A DNA stretch of 64,000 bases, taken from assembly GCA_973895155.1 (NCBI GenBank), contig OZ316891.1, positions 2,657,324 through 2,721,323 on the forward strand, written 5' to 3'. Made by a program: the position numbers and the translations under genes. The notes below the pieces were generated by a model. The model worked only from the letters and a program-made list of their open reading frames with translations, made no database searches and was not told the origin of the DNA. Shown in pieces: positions 39,011 to 52,083 of this stretch; the stretch's first letter is position 1, and each line of letters starts with the position of its first letter. This DNA comes from Marsupella aquatica. Taxonomy: Eukaryota; Plantae; Marchantiophyta.

Positions 39011-39679
39011 GGGATACCGGGGTCACCGTGGGATGTTTTGTGCACTCGGGTTTTTTTTTGCTGTTTATAGTTTCCACTTTTTTTGTGTCAACTTTTTCCA
39101 CCCAAAATGCCCCGCCATTTTGAATGATGACCACGAAAAAAATGCACAACTTTGTATTATAGTCTTTAATAGCTTTTGATATCATTATAATACTATACAA
39201 TAATATTGTAGTACCTGCAATAGTAGAAAGTATCATATACATTAAATGTACCTTTGTACTTCTTGTGTATGGATAAGTGATGTCCTTGATACTCCTGCAT
39301 GTGCATTAGCTCCTCTTTTTTGGTGTCCCATTTGATTCCCCATTTGTTTGGAATGCACTTGATTCACTTTTGGTGCACACTAAATTTAATATAGCTGTGA
39401 TTCTTTCTGTTTGCTAGGATTAACTTTTTTGGAATTTTTTTGGACACTGCAAATTTGAATGACAACCATTGCAAAGAAAGGGCTCAACAGTGTAATATAG
39501 TTTAGGATTATCGCAATGACAGCCCAGAAATTATGTTGCTTATGTCGCAAACATGAATGTTTGCTTTTGTTATTGTAAAAAATAAGATTTTTCGTGTTTG
39601 TGGCTGGTTGTGCTGATTTGACACAACCTCATGGCAGTGAATTTGCAAGGGACCTCTCATGGGGTCCGCACTAAACATT

Positions 39680-40825
39680 TTGGCGCATAAGGTGTAATGA
39701 CCACGTCTATTTTGCAGGAACGGTACCCCATCACGTATCATTTAGATCAAGTTGTTGTACTGCAAGTGCTTAGAGCACCATGAAAACTTGGGCCAAAGAA
39801 CCATGCTCTCGCTTGAAAAAGAGTTTGATAACAATTTCAAGACTGGTTGGCTGTCAAATATTGAGGCCACCAGCAGAAGAGTTCAAGCAAGCTCTTCCAT
39901 ACAATGTATCATAGTTTTGGGGTATGTGTGATTAAATAAAACAAAAAAGGAGCTGGCAACCTCATCTTGGATTAGATCTTCAAAATACTTGACGATCTTT
40001 CTCCATTCCTCCAATTCATGAACATCTGCACCTTGAATACTTCAATGTATATTTGCTGCCATGTTTGCAAGTATCAAAGGGAGGTGATCTGCCTTCTCAA
40101 CAATTGCATAAACTGCTTCCTGTCACACACAATCATGCTCACAGGTTAATTTTGCATCTATTGAAATTGCCTCCATTTTAGATTCTGGGTTACAACATCC
40201 AGCCCGGACAACGTTTACTTAACTCAAAGTGACCACTCAAACAAAACGTGTTCATTGTTCTATACCAGAGCACAATTTGGACTTATGAGCAAGGATGGCA
40301 ATGGCGGGGTGGTGTCTTTGGTCTCCCATCTACATGGGGTTTGTGAGAATTTGGGATGCCTCCCATGCAGTTGGACGGGATCTGCACACATCTAGCATCA
40401 CTCCACAGTTGTGGTATTTGGGTAGTGACTAGATATTTTAGCCATTGCTGGTTCACAACTATCATCCAGTATATTCAGAACTTTTCAAGTCAATAGCCTT
40501 CCTGTGACAGCCTTGAAAAGGAAAGACACTTATGAAAGCTCTAACTTTGCACTTACTTATTGTCCTCTGTGATTGTCCTTTTACAAGTTTTGGTCCTTTA
40601 TAGAGAAGAATGCACATTACAGATTTGGGTTCGGGCAAACTTCACTTCTACTGTACTATACTAGTAAAAATGAAAACTCTCTTTGGGCCTAGTGGAATGG
40701 ACTTCAAAGTGAAACCATGCTTCATACAGTGTTGGGGACTGATGATCTTTATTGATGTCCAGTCAAGGTTCTAAGAACTTCAGAAGAGCAAGGGAGAAGT
40801 TTATACCCCCATCTCGTAGATTTAG
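39680..40825 (-). pseudogene. Decayed NB-ARC (STAND/NLR-type) gene fragment
   Basis: Motif remnants in the expected order on the minus strand: P-loop-like IYEMG(G)I..SLA (~40821-40788, frameshifted), kinase-2 KVLNILDD (40484-40461), RNBS-B KYLVTTQ (40438-40418), GLPL-like AIVEKADHLPLIL..EEWRKIV (~40107-39991), MHD-position WSLHLMR (~39703-39684). Stops and frameshifts present. Confidence 0.65.
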
Positions 40826-41070
40826 GGGCAAAAATTTCAGCCAGCCTGCATAGCTTCCCATAGTACATTCGAACTGGTAAATCACTAGTGGTTCCATACC
40901 TGCACTCATCCTTTTCATGTAGGTTGGGCCGGGAGCAAAATGAGCTTGTGTAATGATTTGGTGAACCGCAACTTAAACTTTTGACCCATGGAGTCTGTTT
41001 ATGGCTCCCTCCAAACCACAATTCATTTGGTTTTTTTAAGGCAAAAAAAAAATAGAGTTTGTATAATGAT

Positions 41071-41414
41071 TGTTAGGATTTACTCTTAGGTCTAGAGTTA
41101 CGACTGTACCATAGTTAAGGCTAACCTTAGTCGCAGACATGGTTAGGTTAGTCATGCTGTGCACACTCTATAAGCAAGCGGTGTTTGCTTGGAGAGATGG
41201 AACTCAGGCTCATTCTTACGGAGTGAGGGAGAGATAGAGAGAGCTTGCGTTGTGGATGCTTGGTATGGCCGGTCGGCCTAGAGTGCAGTAAAGCTCTTGT
41301 GTGTTCTCGTGGACGTAGCCTCATGTGGAGGTGAACCACGTATCTCTTTGTGTCGACTCTTGTGCGTTGGATGGTTCATGGGCTTGCCGTTGCGATTGTC
41401 GTCTATGCTCAACA
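41071..41414 (+). mobile_element. Solo LTR, 344 bp, perfect 5-bp TSD
   Basis: TGTT...AACA termini, ATGAT on both flanks, no adjacent PBS/PPT or internal region, closely similar inverted copy at 61728-62073. Confidence 0.92.
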
Positions 41415-42123
41415 ATGATCTCAGTGAACCACAACTTAAAACTTTTGACCCGTGGAGTCTGTTTATGGCTCCCTCCAAAGCAGATTATGCTACTTGTTCA
41501 AATTTCATACTTATCAAATTTGAATTATATGTTCTTTCAGCCTCCATACAATATGAGCTTCATACTCTAGCTGTGCCTGGTTGCATAAGTACCTTAACAC
41601 CCTATGTCAAGGGCATTATGGGCCTCATTTTCACCTCAAAACTCCAACTACTGACCTCATTTTAGGGGGTGTCATACTACAAACACTGCAAAGACTGAAA
41701 AAGGAAAAAGGGAATATTGCATTTATCCAGGGTTGCAGTTAGGGTTGAGACAGTACTTTCATCTCTCTATAAGTGCACAATCCTGAGAAGAAACATCAGG
41801 TGTGCACTTAACATGGATTTGCACTACGTGATAAGTGCAAAAACATAGAAATGTGCAATCATCCTTGGCTCAGTCAGTGATTCTCACCCAAAATTGTACA
41901 TCTCTACCCTAAATTTGGTCCCCCCAATAAGTGCAATTCTTACCCTACTCAATGCCACACACTTATCATTAAGTGTACTTCAGTGGAATGTGCGCTTATT
42001 GATAGGTTTTCTGTACACTTATCAAGGGTTTTCACTTATGAAGTTGTCATTTAGCAAAAGTTTTTTGGACCTATTTGCAGTTACCAAAGGTACAAATTCC
42101 ATGGGAAAAATGGTTGAAATAAT

Positions 42124-42481
42124 TTCTTGCAGTTATCCAGGGTTCTAACTTATGGAGTGTGCACTTAGAGCAAGACAACTGTAAAGTAAGTTTGGAATTC
42201 CAAGAGTCACAAGACCGAATGCCATTTGTGGTCAATCAATGGATTCCCTCTCATTTTTCTAGAGTTATGAATGAAAGTTTAAGCAAAGAGAGTATAGTCT
42301 CTCACCACATGTCACATCTCCCAAGAGAAGAACCCAAGAGAAGAAGAGAACTCAAGTCTGGCCAACTTGACTGACGGACAGATGGGCGGCATGACATTGC
42401 CTAGAAAGCATAGAAACACTGGAGTCCAGTAGCAGAAGGCAGATATACATCAAGTTGTCAATCAATGACAGGCTTTCCACC
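42124..42481 (+). pseudogene. Decayed duplicate of the RPN2 promoter, 5' UTR and first codons (source 43008-43390)
   Basis: Collinear matches GGAGTGTGCACTTAGAG, AAGACCGAAT.CCATTT, GAGTTATGAAT, GTCTCTCACC, CTAGAAAGC.TAG, CAGTAGCAGAA, and ATGACAGGCTTTC versus ATGGCAGGGTTTC. Confidence 0.85.
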
Positions 42482-42666
42482 AAAACGTTTTGGGGCCATT
42501 TTCTGGTCCCCCTTACAAAAGTGCCTTAAACCACACCTGCCCATATCAAATTCCCCTACCTACCCAGCTCTTGTTCTTGGAACAGTGGAGCTCACCTTAA
42601 CTTCAAAGGTTGACATCCCAACACTCTTACTCATCCCCCCATTCATCTTATTGATAAAGCGCAAAC

Positions 42667-42834
42667 TCCAAGCTAGATCTAGGTTTCTAGAGTAAAAACT
42701 CTAGATTGTAACTCTATGGCCAATCATATGTACAGAAAGACTCATGGCATTCCAAGCTAGATCTAGGTTTCTAGAGTAAAAACTCTAGATTATAACTCTA
42801 TGGCCAACCATATGTATGGAAAGACTCACGGGTA
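42667..42834. repeat. 84-bp tandem duplication, each unit with a hairpin
   Basis: TCCAAGCTAGATCTAGGTTTCTAGAGTAAAAACTCTAGATT.TAACTCTATGGCCAA.CATATGTA twice; stem TCTAGAGT/ACTCTAGA. Confidence 0.9.
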
Positions 42835-43373
42835 TGATGTATGTCAAATGATGATCACATATGTATTTGTCATAATTTCAATTTGCATTAAAAAAATGTA
42901 CATACAGGCTAGTAAAACCAGAGTTACAGGTTACCCGTCCCATTCATGTGCGTTTAAATTCAGCCAAAACGTGCAACAGAGTGCAAGACATAAGGGAAGA
43001 ACGGACATCTTGCAATTATCCATGGTTGCATTTACGGAGTGTGCACTTAGAGAGAGGTCACTGTACTGTACTGTTACTGTTACTGTGAGTTCCGACTTCC
43101 GAGAAAAGGTCTTCGAAAGACCGAATTCCATTTTGTGGTCATTCACTCTGTTCCCTCTTCGTTTTCTCGAGTTATGAATCGAAAGCTGAAGCGAGGAAGT
43201 GTTGTCTCTCACCCCGTCTCACACCTTCCAAGGGACCAAGAGGACTCGAGGCCGGCCGACTGCAAGGACGGACGGGCATGCGGGTGGCATTACATCACTT
43301 ACTACTACTAGAAAGCGTAGGAAGCGCTGGAGCTCAGTAGCAGAAAGCGCGATATCCAGCGAGCTGTCGATCG

Positions 43374-46300
43374 ATGGCAGGGTTTCGCCGAGCAGAGCAG
43401 CTTCTTCTGCTCGTGTTCGTAGTCGCTTGCAATGCCGTTCTCGCGGCCGGATCGCTTCGGCCGCTCAGTGAGGCCGACAAAGAATCCGCGAAGCAGCTCT
43501 TCATTGCGCAACAGGACGGATCGTATGGAAGGTACTTTTCGTTGCCCGCCCCTGCGCATTTCTTGTGAAATTCTAGTTTTGGCTAGAGTGGATGATGATG
43601 ACGGAGGGTTTAGGCGAGTTCTTATGCTTGTGAACCAACCGATGATGAAGCAGCTTGAAGGAATCGTACCTAGCCGTGCGGTCGCTGCAAGCACTCGGCA
43701 GTGCGGACTATGATGCAGCTAAAATCGCACAATTCGTTCATGGGTCTCTTACCGCATCGTCCCCCGAAATTAAGGATATTTTCTATGGACTGAGAACTAT
43801 CGAGCTTCTTCATAGCGGTAGAGAAGGAGCAGCTGTGGGTGCGGTGAGTGGCCTAATCTCGACTGCATCTTGTTCTTCAAACATCCTCAGAATGCAGAAA
43901 AAGTCCCTCCGAATTTGGGATATTTGATTTACCTTGTGGGATCACTCATTTCGACGATTCAAGATAGCTTTTAGGTTTAAAATTTCTGTAAATACGTTGA
44001 TCTGGTTTGATTGGAAAACAAGGTTCAGATTGTGAATGTTGTGAAGCTGTAAATTGCAGGCTGTGGCCCCCAAGGTTCTGGCTTCTATAAATGAGAGCAA
44101 GTCTCTCGTGGATCTCTACTTTTCAGTCGGTGCACTGGCAACCATAAAGGTGCTCATTCATACATCCTTTCAAATGCAAACATAACTGTTTGCAAGGAAT
44201 GCTATTTCTTGTCTTTGGGTGCCAAGATCTATCCCTAACTTTCGTTGATGGAAGCAGATGTCTCTCTACATTTGCTCAGGAATTGATATGTCGTAGTCAT
44301 CGGTAATACATGTGGTGGGGTCGCGTTTAGTTTTGGTCAAGCTCAGTGAATATCACGTCAGATTGACATTACAGCTATCTTGAATTCTTTGCGTTCCTGA
44401 ATATTACAAAAAGCTTGAGTAGTTCATCAAGAAGGATCATGATCATCACCCATGCTCTGAGTTTGTTGCCAAAAGAGTTTCTTTTCGGTTCAGCTGAGCT
44501 TCTGAATCAAATTTTGTCGCGTAGCCTAATGAGGTACCTCTAAAGTTCTAGGCTAATTTTCAGAACTGCAACTAAATGGGTAATTATGAACAGAAGCATC
44601 ATTGGAGTGAGGATGCACATCACAGTTTTGCACCAGCAGTGACAGGCGTTCTTGCACAAATCAAGGTAACACTGTACCCTAATCTTTTTTTTGTCAAGTC
44701 AAGTCAATTCTGAGCTTAGTTTGGTTAGATTATTCTGACGTCTGTATCTCGCTGAAGTTTATAGAGACTTTTATTCTTTGCTCTTTGCTCACTGGCCTTC
44801 TTCAAGATCATTGGTAGCGATTGATGGGCTATTCGTTTATCTATTGCTCCTTTGTCAGAAGTACATTCCATGGTTTTAATTTGTGACTCTTTTGAACCTG
44901 GGTTCAAATTTGCGCTCCTCTGCAGGCACTCAGTGTCAATGATGGGACATGGCGATATGCTGAAGATGATTCAGAGTCAAGTGCTAAAGCTGCTGGTATT
45001 CCTCCCAATTTTGAGTATTTCTTCGCATATTCTGAACAATAGTACAAGGACACTCCTGAATGTCCTCTTCTATGGCTACTGCTCTGCTTTTTGTGTCGAC
45101 AGTTGATTCGACAATGAGCGTTGGGACGGGGTGACCTTCTAAGAAACTTCTCTTGTTTTATGTAGGATATGCCTTTGATATCACTGCGGGAGTCATTGAG
45201 ATTGCTGGCCTGGAGGGATTCAAGTCAGAGGTTAGTTTTTCACTTTTTTTGAACTTCTGGATACCTGCCAATTGAAGTTTTGTGAAAGGGGCTATTTGGT
45301 CATAGATAGCATATCCGCCCATGGGAGATGGCAACGTGTTTTTGCGCGATTAGGTAGCTGTCTGTCTATCTGAGGAGTCGGCACAATTTGGACTGTAGAC
45401 TCGTTGTCCATGTCATTTTTTGACGCGTCTCAGCAAGAAAATTGTTAATAACAAAGGCACGCTCATGTTCTATGACCTGGAAAGATATTTTAATGATGTA
45501 CAACATGGCAGTCAGAAATTGTCTATATGCCGGGAGTCCCCATTTACCCTGATTTTTTTTTTAATCTATGATCTTACTAGCATCTTGCATGGTTATTGTT
45601 CCAGTCTAGTTTGTGAAAGAAGATAAAATGCTTTCTTCCTGCATTTGAGAACTGAAAACATTACATACGATCGAGCTTCGTGGTCGCAATTCATATTTCT
45701 TGCATCGAGGTCTTACAGTTGTATCCCTGTTTGGATAAGCTAGGAAGCTGAGAAGAAGCTGTTATCTCTACTCATCTTTGTGATTAACTGATATCCAACA
45801 GATCCGTTCCGTAAAAGCTGCGGTTGGGAAACTCTTTGACAACATTGAGCTTTACGGTGAGTTCACGGTTCTGGATCGACCCCATTCTCATCTCTTTTCA
45901 ATCACACAAGGCCGTTCTCAGCATCGACTAGCAGTCAATGCTGTGTGCGGCCCTGTTCGGTGAATTGGTTTCTAGGTAAAACTGATGGGGCTCACGCAAA
46001 AACTAAATCGGATATGTGAATTTGTTTGCAGAAGATGGAGCTCAATACTTTGACGAAAGCAAAGCAGACAAAGTCTCAGGGGGTGGAGGGGCACTCGCTG
46101 CGTCAGCATTGGTCCTTCGTGGAGTTTCTGCTCTTGCGTGTGTTCTCCCTGATGGGCTCAAGGTAATTTTGAGCAACACTTAGAAAATTTTGTACCAAGC
46201 AAGTTTTATGTTGAGGCTAGAGTTTTGTTGAAGTCGGGACAAGTAATTTGTTTCTCCAAATTACAGTTTTTGAATTGACCGTCGGAATATTTGAACAATG

Positions 46301-49300
46301 AAAGTTTACCAACTCCCAACCCCCTTCTCCGGCCCCGTTCTTCTCTTTTGCGTCCGCTTTCCAAGAAGTGTGCTTTAATCACTGAATGTAGGTTACCAGA
46401 GACTCAGTGTGCCTTGTCTCACTCCTAATTGCTTGCAGACAATGTCGCTTTTGGGAAAATGTTGAGAAAGGTCAATCAGTTTGAGCAATGATAGGAGAGA
46501 CTAAACAAATCAAAATCGGACTTGAATTGTTTTTTGACGCCGCTTGTATATCCACTGCAGGTTAAGGATGAGAAAATTTTTGGCCTTGCAAGCTTCTTCT
46601 TGAGCATCAGTACAGCTGGCAGTACCACAGAGGCGTATTATCAATTGGATGCCTTGAGCATACTAGAGGACAACAGGTAGTTCTTTATCCACGAAGTTGA
46701 GCCCTGTTTGTGGTTGATTAATGGGCGCATGTATGAGTCTACTTGTTTTATAATAGTTTGTTTGGATGCGAGTACATTAGTATGGCAGGAATCAGGAAGA
46801 CGAGCTCAATGATACGTGCTTAATCTGTTGTTCCCTATTCCAGAGCTCACTTATTCGTTGCTCTAATTATTTCAGATTGCTAGTTCCTCTTGCCGTCTAC
46901 CTGCCAACTTCTGTGCTATCCCAAACATCAAATGACCAGCTAGAGGTATGACTCAACAAGTATTGACAAGGTGGACGAAATAACTAGGGTCGGATTGAAA
47001 GTCCGGGATCCAGTGTCTTGACAATATTTTTGACATTAGCATCGAGGGGGAGGTAGACCAGACCTGTCTTTTAATGATTGTAGCTGTAGAAGAGTGGGTT
47101 GGTACAAGTTTGAGCAACTTATTGTCAGACAACATGTGAACATGGTTCTAAGAGTAAAATGTCTGCTCCAATCTTTTCTGATCTATGTCTCAAACAAAAA
47201 GCACGGAGCTGTTGGACCGTGTCTTTTTTCATTGTGCTCAGGGTAGATAAATTCTAGAGGAGCAGATAGAAGTCGAGCAATGGCCATGTGGTGTCCTGTC
47301 GATGGGCGAGAAGTAGCATTTGCTTCGATTACGATCTCTTATTTCAAGTGTTGTGGTCGTTTCTTAGGTTGCTGTCTCAACAGTTCTCGGATCTCCCGCC
47401 CCAGAGGTAGTAGTGTGTCTTATCAGTGCAAATAAACCCGGAAATGAAGATTCTCCCATCTTAATTGATCAGGTAAGGTGGTTTCTTCAAGCATATTCAA
47501 CCTACTTGTATTTTCGTCCCGTGCGTCAATTTTTTACTTTTTGACAATCTTGGTTCTAGTTAAGAGAATTGTTTGATCTGCCTGCTACCTTACCAATCCG
47601 CTCAACGAATACAGGAACTGCAGGCAGCTGAGAGTGGTTACAAGTATAGTCTCGACTTCCTGTCCAAGATCACAGATCTTGGCAAGTACGATCTGAAATT
47701 GGAAGTAAGTCCATGGGAAGCTGCGACTGTGCCATTTGTGGAACATGCAGAGGACGTTTGCAAAAGTTTTATTTTGTTTTTCAATCATGTTGAAGTGATA
47801 GAGAAGATTGGAAAAGAATTCGGTGGTTTCCTAGATAGAAGGTGGAGATGTAGACAAACTACAGTAAACATTGTGTCTATCCTGTCGTGCAGGTGAAGCC
47901 TGTGTCGGCTGAGCTTGCATACAAGTATTCAGCTGGAGGACTTACTGTACCTCACATTGTCGTGACGGGAGTAGTCTCGGTTTCCAATGTTGAGCTCGCT
48001 GTGCTGGACAGTGACACCGGAACCCCTGAATCTGTCAGCTCGTAAGTCTCAGCCTGATGTAGTGAAATAATTTTGCATCGCGATAAGAGGGGAAATTGAA
48101 GGAAAAAATGTTGATGGCTTGTTTTGTGCAGCACTCACTAAGATTAGACCCCGGTGCAGGTTAAGCTTGTCGAATAAGGAAACTGCTCAACTCGGTGCGA
48201 ATCATTTACAAAAATTGCAACTTTCATTTGAGCTTACCTCACCACTAGGAGGTGTATATCGCCCGCAGCAGGTTGGTGTCGTTTGCGGAGTTCCATCCAT
48301 CTTCTTTACAATAACTGCAATTTTGAGTCACTGTTGTGTGTAACACTAGATCTTTGTGTATGCACTTCGTACGTTAACTGCCGTGTTGTTTTATTGGTCA
48401 GGTTTTTTTCAAGTTAAGGCATGAGCGTGGGGTGGAGCATCTTTATCTGGTCAAGGCCTCTGATAAAGTTTTTGAGCTGAATTTGGTACGACCTCATTTT
48501 TATTAGAACAGGAATGTAATGTCAGATTGTCACATCGTAGATATTGAAGTAAGCTGTGCGCAAGTCTGTAATGACTTGGTCGAAGATTACTACCGGATTT
48601 GTAGTCGTGATGGTTTCCTAGTAGGGACAAATTTGGATGATTAAAGCATCGGTTGCTCCTGCAAATTTGGAAAGATGGCTTTTTAGTGCTGAGAATGCAG
48701 CGATTTTGCTTTGCAATGGGTTCTGACGTATGATATAAATCCCAGGCCCTTCTGCATTGTATCTTAATGGGTTGCTCGTTTTGCAGGATTTTCTCGGGCT
48801 CGTGGAAAAGCTTTACTACCTATCTGGGACATATACTTTTGAGCTCATCGTTGGGGACTTAACAATGGTAGGGGCATCACAATCACACTCTGATGCTGGA
48901 CTCCATGTTACGTTTACTGGAACAGATGTTTGTTCTATTTCTTCTTTCGGATGAAAATAGTATATTCTGATTCTTATGTTGGAATTATGTCAGACACGCG
49001 AAGGGGTTAAGTGAGATCTTTGCCAGAGGATTTGATCATTTGTCGGCCGTTATTGGTGCCTTGTACAGGAAAATTCGTTCATATGGGACTTGGGCAGTCT
49101 TGATCTTGATTTGCCTGATCCTCCAGAAGGCTCAAAGCCTGCACCCATAGTAGCAGATTCCCCAATTTTTCAACCTAAGGCTGAGATAGCTCATATTTTC
49201 CGAGTACCAGAAGCGCGCCCTGGTGCAGAGCTTTCATATACGTTCCTCGTCTTGACACTACTGCCTCTGGTTGGCTTCTTTGTTGGGGTAAGCACTATGT

Positions 49301-49820
49301 TTTTAAGTTATGGCGAGAATATTGTAGCAGTTTGAGACCATTTTTCTGCCTGCCTAGCTTGTAATCTTGGAATGTATACTTGGAATCCACCCAATTATGT
49401 GATCTGGTGTTGTTTTTGAGACGTACTTGAATCTGATTCGTTGCTTGCATGTGACTAGCTTTTCTTTATCGGTGCCAATGTCAAGTACTTTCCAACTTCC
49501 GGGTTCCACCTACTAGCGGCAGTGGGCTTTCATGTCGGCATCGCAGCTATTCTAGCACTCTATTTCCTTTTTTGGCTTAAGGTTGGTCTTGCTTCCTTCC
49601 CGTCTTTTGTACTTACAACAGATTGCTCTCAAAGCATACGATTGCTTGCTGACATAAAAATGCATGTTCAGAAAGTCCTGACGGTTGTTTCCATGTTTTG
49701 CAGTTCAATCTTTTCACTACCTTGAAAGGTCTGGGATTCCTGGGTCTTTTCACCAGCGTAACAGGCCACTACATTTTGTCATACCTGGCAGATCTTTCTT
49801 CCAAGGTTAAAACGGCTTAG
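43374..49820 (+). CDS. RPN2: Ribophorin II, oligosaccharyltransferase subunit 2 (HAP6-like), 698 aa. Exons 43374-43531, 43654-43843, 44060-44149, 44594-44665, 44926-44995, 45166-45230, 45802-45856, 46032-46162, 46561-46676, 46876-46945, 47368-47472, 47615-47704, 47893-48041, 48160-48271, 48402-48485, 48787-48867, 49069-49287, 49459-49581, 49704-49820
   Basis: Signal peptide, DGSYGSLKESY, ANHLQKL, RPQQVFFKLRHE.GVEH, LDFLGLVEKLYYLSG.Y..EL.VGD..MENSF.W.LG.LDLDLP, PKAEIAHIFRVPEARP, three C-terminal hydrophobic segments, KVKTA* (KxKxx ER retrieval). All 18 introns GT-AG, 2097 nt in frame. Confidence 0.95.
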
Positions 49821-52066
49821 GTCGGGCTATGTGTAGCCCTAAGGTTGTTAGGACACAGATGTCTTGACATTGACCTCGTTTAGATGTGGTCAAGAATGAG
49901 TGTACGACTTTACTGTCAGCGAAATGAGATCACTGAGGCACAGTTTGATGTTTTCTGAGTTTTGGCATGTATTTAGGATTGATTACTTCTGCTGCCTCGC
50001 GTTTAAAGAAAGGATGGAACAGCTGTGTTCAAGGCGTGCTTGATTACTGTTAACAGTGGATAATAGTTCTGGAGTTGATTGATAATTTTGAAAACTCAGG
50101 AGGCCAACAAAAATAAAAATGAGCAAATATCTGCATGAAAGGGTGAATTTTATGATGTACGAGTATGAAGATTGCACGACATTTGAATGAGAACTAATTG
50201 AGCTGATCGATCAATAATTGACTTCAAAAAATTATGTGCCAAGATGAGAATCCAACGAAATGAGTGGAAAGTCAATCAAGCTAATGGGTAATGATATCTT
50301 CACTGTCTCAGTGTAATGAAATTTTGGAACCAAGGAAATAACAAATCTCTCAATAAGAACCCAATCATATAATCGACCAACAAAATAAATGTGACCACAT
50401 CGGACAGGTTTTAATCAGATTGTATCTACTGTCCTAAGATGCATTGTTTGGGATATATTCACTCTCTATGTGTTGGGTTGGCAGGTCCTTTTGGGGTTTC
50501 ACTTGGGATTCTCCCCTTATTAGGAATCTCAAACCAGCTGCCTGTTTTTCTTGGTCATCAGTGCAAATTTGTGTCAGTGAATGATTGACCAAGAAAAAAC
50601 AACTTTGAGGCAAACCCAGCCCAAATCAGTGCACTTAGCCCAACTTGGTTGGTTCGGACAAACTTAGCTTGACTTGGCAAACTTAGCCCAAGGGGTGTTT
50701 GGTTTGAGTTGGGTCACATCACCCTTCCATGTCACCATGAATTTTTTAGAAGACACCGATGATTCTTGAAGGGCACCTATCGGTATGCAAGATCCAATTT
50801 TTTCTGGAGACCCCACTATAGAGACCACCCAAATTAATGATGGTCGAGATACGGCACATACTTTACCCACAGCTGGATTAAGATGCCCTTTTGGGCCTTC
50901 TTCATGTAGGATCCAGGAACTTAGTTTTGGTGCTTTTTGGTCTTGGCAGTGTTCTACAAAAAAAAAAACTCCCTACATATAAGTAGACTGAAAACTGAAA
51001 TAGATTGTACAATTTTGGCCGTCCTAAGGACATTCCACAACTCCTTGAATGGCCGTCATTAGTTTTATTCTCAACAATCTTCTAGTCTAGAAATCTACTA
51101 GGTACAGGGTCCCAAAGACTAATTTTTGGAATTCTTAAGAATCTGCAAAATGGAAGTGAAGGACAGTTTCATTCAGATATATTAGCTTTTTAAAAGCACA
51201 AAACTGGAAATGGAAAATCCCGGATGGCCTGAGGGGTTTGATGTGAAGCCTGGATGGATTTTCCTAAGCTCTAATGGACTGGCGCAGAATATGTATAAAA
51301 AACTTTTGTAGCATCTTTTACAGTCGTGAATAAAATGTGACCTGTAAACTGGCTCCTTATTGTTTGCAGTCGGTTGCAATTAGTTTACCCTGTGGAAGCC
51401 ACTACTCATGGTTCACCCATACATTGTGCAAAAAGCTCTATATGTTTTCATTTAAAATTATAGCTCAATACGGTAAGTCAGTTCTCTAGGCCTCAATGAT
51501 TAATTGCTGTTTCACATAAAACTCTTAGAATATTACTTTAATATGCATTGCAATTTTTTTCCAAGTTCCACAAACACTACCTAAAATATTTTCCCAGATA
51601 TTCAACTTTTCAGCAAATGATTATTTTTGCACTAACCTGATTGTCCCAACTGTGATGTCGTTTCTAATGTCCACCAAACTGTGGCAAGTCCATGCCACTA
51701 GCTTCACATTCATAACATCTTCCTGCAAAGACATTTATGCTTGGGGGTTGTTCTATTCAAATAGAAAGCCTTGGGCAATATCGAGTTTGGCCCCACTGAG
51801 ATTGGAACTCTGCAAAACAGCATATTGTGTGAATTTTTACAGGGGCTAGTGTTCGAGTTCAAGCTTTCTAAGTGTACAATGTCGACAGATTCCTGCACGG
51901 TTTGCTCCAAAGACAAAGTCTGGATAAGATGGACAAGGAAATAAAGTGCACACCAGGTGGAGAAGCCTTCCAAATTACTATTCTTGTAACTAGAAATGCC
52001 TGTGAGCGTATTGTCCCATTGTGGCTTATTACTAATGTAACTCATTAATTTTTCCAGGATAAAGCT

Positions 52067-52083
52067 AACCCTAAACCCTAAAC
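52067..52083. repeat. Short interstitial plant telomere-like repeat (CCCTAAA x2)
   Basis: TAACCCTAAACCCTAAA read directly. Confidence 0.45.

Noticed and set aside
38627-39242. Pro-rich and Gly-rich ORFs of 124-190 aa
   Set aside because: Translations of a G-rich simple repeat on both strands.
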